This document shows, piece by piece, positions 22,991 to 33,281 of a DNA stretch of 33,281 nt. Every line of letters starts with the position of its first letter. Position 1 is the first letter of the stretch. The notes below the pieces were generated by a model that was not told the origin of the DNA, made no database searches, and saw nothing but the letters and a program-made list of their open reading frames with translations. A program made the position numbers and the translations under genes. Source of the stretch: Phoronis australis (lineage: Eukaryota > Animalia > Phoronida); contig NMRA01000581.1 in assembly GCA_002633005.1 (NCBI GenBank), positions 1 to 33,281 of the forward strand. Direction: 5' to 3'.

Positions 22991-24948
22991 TCAGAAAGTA
23001 GAGCAACAAAGCTGACCCCGCAAAAACTGCACAGGCGATGAAGGCGGATGAGCAGTTTTGGGAGGAAGGCTGGCTGACACTACAACAGGATAAAGATTTC
23101 TTTTCACGCTTGGCCTTGAACCGCGCTGGAAAATGGTCAAATGAGGGAGATAATGAACTTGACAGTCAGTGATGTCCAGTAATACTCCAGATTTCATCTT
23201 TGTTCAAAAATTATACAATCTGTTGGGTTGTCTGATTGATTTAACTAGTTGTTATTGGTGTGATATTGTAGAAACTGAGGCAAATGCAAAATGCAATATA
23301 GCAACACTTGCTGTGATGTTGTCAGTAAAATTTAGGATGTTTAGTCAGTGTTCTGGTTGAAACTTTGCTTTCCAATTTATTTGAAGATGCTGGTATTTCA
23401 GTTTCCATCTTTCAAATTCATATTACACCCAATATCTCTTAACTAAAAAGCAAAGCCTTATCTGAGTGTTAGTTTATGTACAAGCTTAAGGAAAGGTGGT
23501 GACTTAGGCATACTTGAACCAATTCACTGGCATTTAGATCAAAGAACACATTTACATATCTCGTTTTTCCATGCTACATTGTACCACTTAACTGGATGAC
23601 CAGTGTTAAACCAGATTACGGTCACATTGAATATCATTTTGACTTTTATCTGTTCTAACATTGTTTTTGCAGAATGAGAGTTATTTGTACGGTATGTGAT
23701 GATGAGTTAAGGGAGGTGCCGAGGTCACCTGTATTCTGAATTGTTAACATCAGGAGTGTCATGTTTGAGCCAATTCACTGGTATTTAGATCTTTTAACAC
23801 ATTTAGACATCTCATGTTTTCCATGGCAGTTTGTATAAATTAATCAGGCAATGAGTGTTAAACCAGATTCTGGTCGCATTAATGTCACTTTTTACTTTAA
23901 AGTGGTCCAACATTGTATATACAGACTGGGGAGTTACGTGTACCGTATGGGATGAGGAGATACATGTAAGCGAGATCACCTGTATTTTGAACAACTAACA
24001 TAGGAGTCTCCTATTTGAGCCAGTCCATTAGCACTTAGATCAAATACCACATTTAGATATCTCTGATGTGATTTTGCCTTAGAAAGTTGGTAGTCTTGCT
24101 ATTAAAGCACCTCGAAGACTAATTAGCAGTTAGAACCCAATGTGCATGAAGTTATATTTTGAACTGAGTTTCAAAGTTTATATGCTGTATATTGTTTGTC
24201 TGCTGAGAAGTCATGGAAAAACATGAGCTACAATACAATACTTGTCGTGTACTTATGCACTTTATACTGAAAGCAGCCTTTATCATCCTCACTTCTTTCA
24301 CATGACCTCTGCAGTGGACCATGCTTCCAACATGAGGCATTTATATAGTCAAGTAATAGCTGATCACCTGGAACAGGTTACATGTATCTTTGACCTTTGG
24401 AGGACTGGGAAGTAATTTGAATTCACTTCTTTAGACTTCTCACAACTAGTCACACACACTTAATTCAAGTACATTCCTCTGTGCCTCCCACTGCTCAGGT
24501 GAAATATCTTCTCACTGATAGCTGGTTCCATGTTGTCAGCCCCCATTGCTACTCGAAAGTCTCCCATTTTTAACTTGTGTCAATCACAGCAAAATGCGCG
24601 CAGAAAACAAAATGATAACATTAGCCAGCCATACCACTTCAAAAGTGAAGTTATTGTGACATTGGCGGCTATATAACGTCCACGGAATGACTCTGACCAG
24701 TGGTTTTGCATTTGCCTGTAATTGCCAAATGAATCTTTCACCTTGACACTGTCCTCCGCTTTCAACGCCCTGCATCAAAACCACTTGAAGATTCATAAAG
24801 AAATGTTTGTTCAGACACACTCCACAGCTAACCCACAGTAAACATCTTTGTAAACAGGACAGTCACAGATAAAACCATAAATAAATGATCTTGTTCATAC
24901 AACACTGTAAGATTTGGAACGTCGCAAGTGGGGAGAGGGCATCACGAT
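22991..24948 (-). pseudogene. Decayed Kolobok-like transposase
   Basis: Ordered frame-broken motifs on the - strand: CLNKHFF/ESSS, LANVIILFS, EPAISE/EQWEAQ, SM..QTNNIQHI, CHG/WLKHDTP, KSPPFLKLVHKLT/DKALL, SNKLES..TKHPK, VAILHF, NKDEIWSI, HYLPHLTIFQR...HPPSSP. Confidence 0.6.
23514..24063. repeat. Diverged tandem repeat, ~250-bp unit, 2 full copies plus a partial third
   Basis: The anchor TTGA(A/G)CCA(A/G)T..A.T.G.A.TTAGATC...CACATTTA recurs at 23514, 23765 and 24015. AGTGTTAAACCAGATT and TCACCTGTATT also recur at the same period. Confidence 0.85.
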
Positions 24949-25752
24949 NNNNNNNNNNNNNNNNNNNNNNNNNNNNNNNNNNNNNNNNNNNNNNNNNNNN
25001 NNNNNNNNNNNNNNNNNNNNNNNNNNNNNNNNNNNNNNNNNNNNNNNNNNNNNNNNNNNNNNNNNNNNNNNNNNNNNNNNNNNNNNNNNNNNNNNNNNNN
25101 NNNNNNNNNNNNNNNNNNNNNNNNNNNNNNNNNNNNNNNNNNNNNNNNNNNNNNNNNNNNNNNNNNNNNNNNNNNNNNNNNNNNNNNNNNNNNNNNNNNN
25201 NNNNNNNNNNNNNNNNNNNNNNNNNNNNNNNNNNNNNNNNNNNNNNNNNNNNNNNNNNNNNNNNNNNNNNNNNNNNNNNNNNNNNNNNNNNNNNNNNNNN
25301 NNNNNNNNNNNNNNNNNNNNNNNNNNNNNNNNNNNNNNNNNNNNNNNNNNNNNNNNNNNNNNNNNNNNNNNNNNNNNNNNNNNNNNNNNNNNNNNNNNNN
25401 NNNNNNNNNNNNNNNNNNNNNNNNNNNNNNNNNNNNNNNNNNNNNNNNNNNNNNNNNNNNNNNNNNNNNNNNNNNNNNNNNNNNNNNNNNNNNNNNNNNN
25501 NNNNNNNNNNNNNNNNNNNNNNNNNNNNNNNNNNNNNNNNNNNNNNNNNNNNNNNNNNNNNNNNNNNNNNNNNNNNNNNNNNNNNNNNNNNNNNNNNNNN
25601 NNNNNNNNNNNNNNNNNNNNNNNNNNNNNNNNNNNNNNNNNNNNNNNNNNNNNNNNNNNNNNNNNNNNNNNNNNNNNNNNNNNNNNNNNNNNNNNNNNNN
25701 NNNNNNNNNNNNNNNNNNNNNNNNNNNNNNNNNNNNNNNNNNNNNNNNNNNN
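24949..25752. other. Assembly gap
   Basis: Run of N. Confidence 1.
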
Positions 25753-26438
25753 ATTTTTAGCCGTGCAAATAAGATTGCTGAGCTTTGTAAAACCAGTGAG
25801 ATTTTAATTTCGACTCTCGCAAAAGGTGTCCTGCCAAAACTACTGCTATTTGCGTAGTAAGTATCCTAATTCCATGACTACGAGCACTTTTTAGAAATAA
25901 AGTAGTGTACCCTCGGTGCCTAGAAAATACGAAATTTGATGAATGATAAATTGATTAGACGTTTGCTGGCCAACTATTAACAAATGTTCACTTTTTGTTG
26001 TCGTTTGTCGGCATTACTCATTGTGGTGAAATGGCGTAACCACCAGTCATTTTTGACTTCAAATGATATGAAATCCGTTCGCGCCAGGAAATTTTTTTGT
26101 CTTATTTTGTAGACCTAAAATAGCTCAACACATTGGTTGGCACTAAAATTTTCTGAAACCTGTGCCAGCTGAGATATCGGGATACGAATTTAGCCAATTT
26201 TGACAGTTTCCAAAATCACTAAAAGTACTCATCTTATGCGGCTCTAAAAACAGACAAAAAATTATCGAAATCTTTTAAATTTTCATGAATAAAGTAGACG
26301 AAGGTCACACCTGATCAATAACACAGGTTCAATATTTCAACGTTACTTCCACTGCGTAAGTTAACTGTCGGAATTTTACTAAAACTTAAGTGCCGCCAGG
26401 CTGAAAACTTGTCGGAAACAAATAGTATCCATGGAAAC

Positions 26439-28250
26439 CATGACACTTAAAATGTGCTTCTGATCTCAACAAGTAAAATTCATTCTAGGTGTCAATTTTT
26501 TCCAATGCAATGTTACAACATTTACTGAATTAAGGCTTATTCATGTTAATTCGATAACTGAGCTGGTAATCCTGGGGGTGGGGTCCACGATAAAATAAGG
26601 AAACTCACTCATCTAGAGAATTTTATTGGAATCAGGACAATAATCAATATCATATGTGCTGCTAGCCTACCCGGCATCGGGTGAGTTTCCAAAGAGAAAC
26701 ACTTAGTTTCACTCAATAAAACTGTTATTCAGCGGGGTAACTGATGGGGATAACATCACCGAACGATGTTGATAGAAACTGATTGCTAAAAACTTACCAA
26801 GTAATGTTGTGTAGTCTCCGAATGGAACTGCAAAGTGATAGAGCACACACGGGGCTTCAGCATCCACACGCTTTTTGTCAATGAGTTGACCCTGTTGACC
26901 GCAATTGTCCACGAATACAGTAACCTTAGGTCTTTTGGGAATTTGTGGCCCCCTGTCGAAGACTTGCACCAGGGAAATTAGCAGTAATAAGGCTTAGCGC
27001 CACAACGTATTTTGATAAAAATTGCATCTTTTACCAGTTGTTTACATGCAGACAGCCACGCATACGCAATTCAATTACCACTAGTACAGCAGCGACACCG
27101 CCAGGAGAATTCTCCGAATAGCCCCATTAACGTTTTAAATGAGCAAAGATACCAGAGTTTTAGANNNNNNNNNNNNNNNNNNNNNNNNNNNNNNNNNNNN
27201 NNNNNNNNNNNNNNNNNNNNNNNNNNNNNNNNNNNNNNNNNNNAGGTTATTGCTGAAGGATTGCTTTTCACTTTGTCCAACGGTGAAATAGATGGTCAGG
27301 TGGTTGGTTTCAGTTGTTTTTTCTTGCCTGTAACAGAATGGAAATATTAGCAAATTGTAAAAGAAAAGACAAGACAAAACTACTTTTGTAAGGCAGAACA
27401 TACTTGACATTTCATCTTCATGTTTATGTGTAGAAACTAATAACCTTTGTACCCAAGTCTGATTTAATATCTGAATTAAAATATGTGAAACAGGCTAAAA
27501 GTGATTTAACAATGTGTATGTTTTCATGACACTTAAAATGTGCTTCTGATCTCAACAAGTAAAATTCATTCTATGTGTCAATTTTTTCCAATGCAATGTT
27601 ACAACATTTACTGAATTAAGGCTTATTCATGTTAATTCGATAACTGAGCTGGTAATCCTGGGGATGGGGTCCACGATAAAATAAGGAGACTCACTCATCT
27701 AGAGAATTTTATTGGAATCAGGACAATAATCAATATCATATGTGCTGCTAGCCTACCCGGCAGCGGGTGAGTTTCCAAAGAGAAACACTTAGTTTCACTC
27801 AATAAAACTGTTATTCAGCGGGGTAACTGGTGGGGATAACATCACCGAACGATGTTGATAGAAACTGATTGCTAAAAACTTACCAAGTAATGTTGTGTAG
27901 TCTCCGAATGGAACTGCAAAGTGATAGAGCACACACGGGGCTTCAGCATCCACACGCTTTTTGTCAGTGAGTTGACCCTGTTGACCGCAATTGTCCACGA
28001 ATACAGTAACCTTAGGTCTTTTGGGAATTTGTGGCCCCCTGTCGAAGACTTGCACCAGGGAAATTAGCAGTAATAAGGCTTAGCGCCACAACGTATTTTG
28101 ATAAAAATTGCATCTTTTACCAGTTGTTTACATGCAGACAGCCACGCATACGCAATTCAATTACCACTAGTACAGCAGCGACACCGCCAGGAGAATTCTC
28201 CGAATAGCCCCATTAACGTTTTAAATGAGCAAAGATACCAGAGTTTTAGA
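26439..28250 (+). repeat. Direct duplication of ~726 bp (26439-27164 and 27525-28250)
   Basis: Offset 1086; about 6 substitutions by eye; the first copy ends exactly at an N gap. Confidence 0.92.
27165..27243. other. Assembly gap
   Basis: Run of N. Confidence 1.
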
Positions 28251-31200
28251 TCTTGGAAACCATGTATCATTGTTAATGCAACCTTTTCTCTTAATATTCG
28301 CTGGTTAAACTTAAGTGTAAATTTACTTTGCCCATTGATCAGCTAAAGACATTCTGGCAAATCACACGAGACGCTCGTCAATGACGGGAACAGCGCCAAC
28401 ACAATTCAGTTTATGATCGGACGGCGGCTAATAGGAATGGGTCGGATACAAAACAAACACTGTAGCCGGGATAACGAATCCAATGTTTGTGTCATTGTAA
28501 CCAAATTACCACATTGAGAGGTATTTCGTCCTCAGTGATGACCCAAGCCACATGTGGTCTTAGGTGATAGCAACCCCACATTGGTCTCGAGGGCGAAATC
28601 TGAAATGCCTGCAAAGTTTCGGTTTTCAAGCTACGTTGTGACTTTTATTGACTGAGTGGTTCACGAAGGTGTCGCACCAACATCCCATATAAATTTTGAC
28701 CACCTCACTATCCAGTGACACCTAAAATGGAGGATAGGCATATCATGGGGGTTCTTGGCAATCTTTAATGATTGACATCGATTTAATTCTGTGGTAGGAC
28801 GTCAACTATAAACAATGGCTCGGAAACAAAACATAAATAGTACGATTGGACCGCTAGATCCAGTGTTTAGGTCCTTGCCGGTAACCTAATCCGACGGCGA
28901 GAGGTTCCATCTCTAAAGATAGTCGGTTCGGTTAGCCGCTACAAGCTTACGGGTTTTAATAATTACTAGTACCCAGTGCCGATACGCTGGAAATTAATGG
29001 CTTTGTGTTGTCTCCTCGCCATCTGCTTCTCGTGCTTCACGAGCTGAAGCAGACGTGGTGGATGACACAACTTTGGATAGTATACGCGGTAATGTACATG
29101 AACAAAACCGCTTTATAATGGGACGTTAGCGAAAAGGCAGATAAAGATGAAAAACGCAGTCACATTGATCCGCTATCGAAAATCGTAGTGCTAGTTCACT
29201 TACCACTACCAGCTGACACATTTTTGGTAGAGACAACGCAACAAATTTTGGGAGTGTAGCATTGCGTCCGGGTTCTGTGCATACCTAGTTCACCCTTCTA
29301 CATGTACGTGTACCGGGTTATATGTGTGCCGGGTGGTATGCTTCCCGGTCTCTTGCGTCATAGTCTCGACCACCAATGTCCTCGTTACGGGCAAGCGACA
29401 AGCCAAATTCCAGAATGAGTTGTACAAAAGAATAGAGCGTCATTACTTCCAATTATTTTATTTTCGAGCCTATGTTGTCATGTGTTCTGTCCCTTCAATA
29501 TCATGCTATGAACATTCCCACTAAATAAAATTGGTTCTAACCCCAGTGGTTAAGGTAAACGGTGGGGTATGGAAAATTGAACTAGACCGTATTTATCCAC
29601 CTTGGCTGAGTCGCGCTCGGCTCACGATGAAAGGAATGCCGCCAAGCTGCTCTAGTCATCGAGTCACGAGCGAGGATAATTTGCTTCGCTCATGCGGATA
29701 TGATCAGCTGATTACAATCTAGCTAGCAGACTGTACTTTTTATGGAGAGAGTTTTACGCAGTTTTTACTGTAATATTTGAAAAGAAGAGCGAAAACAAAT
29801 ATGAGTACAACTTTGAATTTTTCAAATCGGCCCAGGATAAGTGATTTTGCAACACAGCAACACTCACGATTACTTTCATTCGGCGCGCACTAATACAAAA
29901 ATATAGGACCCAAGTTATTTAGATTTTGGAACACATGCATTGCAATATTCAAAATACGTTTATTATGAATCTTACAAGCTGTAAAACGACGTTGTTAATT
30001 TCATTGTGTTCATTCATTGTCATCCGTCAAATCGGCAATTTCCGAGATGTGATCTGCGGCGTGCGCGTATGTGTACAAAACACGTGATTGTTATGTTCCT
30101 GAAGTACGAAAATTAAGAAGGCTTTAACATGCCGTTATTATTGACAGGGACACGATAAAACGAATTTGGATTTTGACTATAGTCTTGATACAGCGATCTG
30201 ACTGACCACTGCGTCAGTGTCTCCGTTAGACCCAGAAATTTCACACAGCCCGGGTAGTTCATTTCGTCCCCAACATGTAGATCGAGCCTTGGACTATTAA
30301 TACTCCACGGCAGAGCTAACGACAGTCGGCCTGTGCACACAAAATCTGTGAGTTAACCAGCACTCACCTTGCACGTTACAGCCGTTTAAGTGAAAAACAA
30401 TCTAGTAAACGCCATTTTCTTGCATAATCCTCCGCCTTTTGTAACAAAAAAGTCTATCGTCGATGACCCGCACACGCACGCTCACTCACTCTCATACACA
30501 GACGACCTTCAAAACAAACGTCACGTGACAACAACATGTGTGTTCATCCAGAGATTTTTCTCGTGTTGTGGAGTACGAGGTAGCACACATTTGGACTTAA
30601 TCGCAATTAATCTGGACTCCACATGAACTTTAAAAATTGTAAAACATCAGGAAGATTTCAGGTAATTTGTTGAGTCGAAACTATATTTTTATTCAAGAGT
30701 ACAAGTTTTCCTATTGACGATCACGATTCATCGATGCATCAGTCGGCAAGTTTGCGCCCTGTGATGAGCACAATTTTTTGAAAAATTATCGTAATTTAAT
30801 TAACAACGGAAGTTGATAGCAATGCACCACAGTTTTGTAGAAAGGCTGTCATAGGCTACAAATACGTCACAGAGCGTAAATTTGATGAATCCTAGCTTCC
30901 GATTTTACCCGTTTGGGAAACCGGGATTCAACTGCCGTAGGCTCACTACAATAATCGTCCCCTCCCTGTGAAATGAATTTTTCTAAGCGTTTGTTTGAGC
31001 CAATACAGTATACAGCTTTCCACCAAGGCTATAGTGATGCAAGACATTATTCTTTGTTGCATTATAGTAAGTGGTCTTGGCTAATTATCATTTTATGGCC
31101 TGGTCATCCATTCAGCCAAAAGTAGTTCCAGAGGTGGCTTATCAGCCAATTATTCACGCATGCTGACTCACAATAGAAGCCTGATAAGAGTGAAGGTGGA

Positions 31201-31602
31201 TAAATGCGGTGTTCCTGCAGTTTCTTGTTTTAGTGGATGTGTTCACGACGTGATTCAATTTCGCTCCTTTACAAAAGAAGATTCCTCGTAAGAATCCCGG
31301 CGTCAAAGGAAAAATCTCCACTGGCCGCTGAATTCCTCTTAACTCATAAGCAGGAGATTCGGTTAGTGCATTGGGTATATTATGTGAGTGTTATGCAAGT
31401 TGCGTGATGGTGACCGTGCATTATTGTACCAAAGTTCCTGATATGTAAACCGAATCAAACTGGGACTTCCTTTCCAGAAAACAGTCTCTAATGTCACGAA
31501 TCTCAGTGTAATAACTTATAGTTATCATCTCGTAAGCTTATACATATATAACATACATTTATTGTGAATCGTAAGTAATTAGGAAAGCAATTTTACTTTA
31601 AG

Positions 31603-31737
31603 ATTTAGAAGACCTGCCATGCCAAAAGGAATACCAAAGAGGCACCAACTGTGACCATGTGCCCAACAGCAAGTGTGAGAACCACGATTGCGTATGCGTG
31701 ACCGGCTACACCCTAAATATCGCGGGCATGTGCGACC
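31603..31737 (+). CDS. Host gene exon, EGF-like/EB-type module (DLEDLPCQKEYQRGTNCDHVPNSKCENHDCVCVTGYTLNIAGMCD)
   Basis: TTTTACTTTAAG acceptor (an alternative in-frame TTTAG gives a start at 31609), C|GTAAGT donor, phase 1-1, six Cys, CxCxxGY. Confidence 0.87.
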
Positions 31738-32487
31738 GTAAGTTATTAAAGTCACTATTTCATTTACTTTCGCCTGCTTAGATCACAAATTGAGCTTTGC
31801 CAATCGAAAGATATCACTAAAATTAACTCTTTTCGTAAATTACAGCCATGTACATACTCTCGTTATTGTACTATTGATTTTTTTAAATTTATAAAAAGTG
31901 GGCGGACTTTCAGCCAAACCTCATTATTTATGCGGGGTTGCCAGTGGAGAGCTTACCCATAATGCACACGAATCAGCTGACGGAAGAGAAACATGTCAAG
32001 CAAGCGGTCGAGGTGAGTTAGGTGTTTTGGGACTTCTTGCCAGCTAAACAAGAAATCAGAATGTACAAACATTTGGAAATCACAGCTTGATTCTTACTCG
32101 TAAACAGCAAGATTAATTTGTTCTGAACCTCGGTTCTCTCAACTATTTCTGTCGCTATCCCGAGTCATTCGAAGTCGACTTATCCGTGTACTTGTCTATA
32201 TTACATAATATACAGGCTACAGCCTCGTGAGTTGTGTTCAATTTTAAACCTGCAATCGAGTCTTAGTGATACATGACTTCGTCGAGCTTGGTTGTTAACG
32301 TTTCCTCTTCTGGGAGATTATGTACAACTCGGAGGTGCACGATATCAGTTGCTTACGAAAAATAAGTTTCCTGCGTGACACTGTGATGTTCAATTTCCAG
32401 GCCCTGGGACTGCATGGGTTTGCAATTATACAGCTCTGGACCTAGTGCATGGGGTAGAAACGATTCCATGGCTGCATCTCTAAATTA

Positions 32488-32843
32488 CATTGGCGGATTG
32501 AGGATACCTTAAGGGGGGCGGGCAACATTTTGTCTTGGGCAAGTGTGGTTTACGATTGAATGCGAGAACCCAGCCCGAAAAATTGGGTTGCTCGAATTTC
32601 TGGTCCTCGTACTACAAAGCTAACAGTGGACTAAAAAAAACAAAAAAATGAGAAGGCGTTTACGCAGGTCCCCTGATACGATCGGGTCCGAGCCCCCCCC
32701 CCACAGCCACATGTTTTAACTTAAAAGTACTGAGATTAATTAGTGGACTCGATATTTCCTCGCGCTCTCTTGCCGTTTTGCTTCTTTTGCGACAGCCAAG
32801 GGGGGGGGGGGCGGCCCCCTGTCCCCCCCTAAATCCACCTATG
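32488..32843. mobile_element. MITE with CATWGGYGGAT termini
   Basis: CATTGGCGGATTGAGG ... CCTAAATCCACCTATG with subterminal G/C runs; AATTA on both flanks (candidate 5-bp TSD). Confidence 0.65.
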
Positions 32844-33011
32844 AATTAATCCAAAACCCAATCCTAAACCAGTAGATGATTTCCAATCTGATAGTCATAC
32901 AGTGGTTGTCTTTGTACTTGTTGGCAAATAAATCCTACAACAATACAAACAAAAGTTATAAAAATTGTTCTCATTACTGTGAATGTTGTCACTGAATTAC
33001 TCTCACTTTAG

Positions 33012-33244
33012 GGTCGAATCAGTCGCATGAATAAAAGAAGGAATTGAGAGACCTAATGTTGGATGTCGCCAAGCAAGACCCCCGCGTCTAGAATTTAGGC
33101 TACCAGAGGTCACTTCACTGGATCATTACCCAGCACCATCAGAAGATGCATCATGGTGCCCGTGTCACAGGTGTCAAGAAATGCCAACCAGAAATAAAAG
33201 TGTGCTGTGGGAAGCAATCTGCTAACTGCGTTTCATTATTACCT
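33012..33244 (+). pseudogene. KolX / P2X7-ballast-like exon, frameshifted
   Basis: CTTTAG acceptor and GTAAGT donor; peptides KELRDLMLDVAKQDP / HYPAPSEDASWCPCHRCQEMPT / EIKVCCGKQSANCVSLLP. Confidence 0.75.
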
Positions 33245-33281
33245 GTAAGTATTCACTAAACCGTTGTCTAAAAATTTAATC

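Larger units (their letters stand above)
31750..33281 (+). mobile_element. Left part of a third Kolobok-like element (continues beyond the window)
   Basis: Candidate terminus TTAA|AGTCACTATTTC at 31746-31761, a short ATG...GTGAGT segment (31993-32018), and a KolX-like exon at 33012-33244. The right TIR is not in the window. Confidence 0.5.

Noticed and set aside
24885-25857. Long ORFs in the track (also at 6886-7832 and 21758-22270)
   Set aside because: Their length is an artefact of N runs. Only the flanking THAP and KolX peptides are meaningful.
26030-26438. MITE-like tract starting GGCGTAACCACCAG
   Set aside because: Repeat-like texture, but no second terminus or TSD could be identified.
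29583-29721. TAG...CTA Academ-like mini element
   Set aside because: The TIR is imperfect and the flanks show no TSD.
32690-32830. Poly-C/poly-G runs as a regulatory G-quadruplex
   Set aside because: These are ordinary subterminal runs of the MITE, with no evidence of separate function.

Overview
Eukaryotic, AT-rich animal (probably invertebrate) DNA with four assembly gaps. The host scaffold is a + strand gene represented by four short phase-1/phase-1 exons, each encoding one six-cysteine EGF-like/EB-type module (3916-4047, 5070-5189, 19059-19190, 31603-31737). The introns (about 1, 14 and 12 kb) are filled with transposons. Supported elements: (i) the 5' half of a decayed Gypsy LTR retrotransposon on the - strand (LTR, tRNA-Leu-type PBS, gag with two CCHC knuckles, protease, RT, RNase H); (ii) a TTAA-flanked Kolobok-type DNA transposon with 158-bp TIRs and convergent THAP and KolX/P2X7-ballast-like genes; (iii) a much older Kolobok-like relic whose transposase has a tandemly repeated ~83-aa module; (iv) the start of a third KolX-bearing element at the right edge; (v) two Harbinger-type MITEs with CWG TSDs; (vi) two Penelope-like fragments, one with a degenerate hammerhead core and one Naiad-like in microsatellites; (vii) a 726-bp duplication across a gap. 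All family calls come from motif recognition by eye, with no searches run. I cannot show a wholly new system. The best leads are the TIR-borne promoter architecture of the Kolobok, the repeated transposase module, and sense-oriented KolX exons inside a host EGF-repeat gene.
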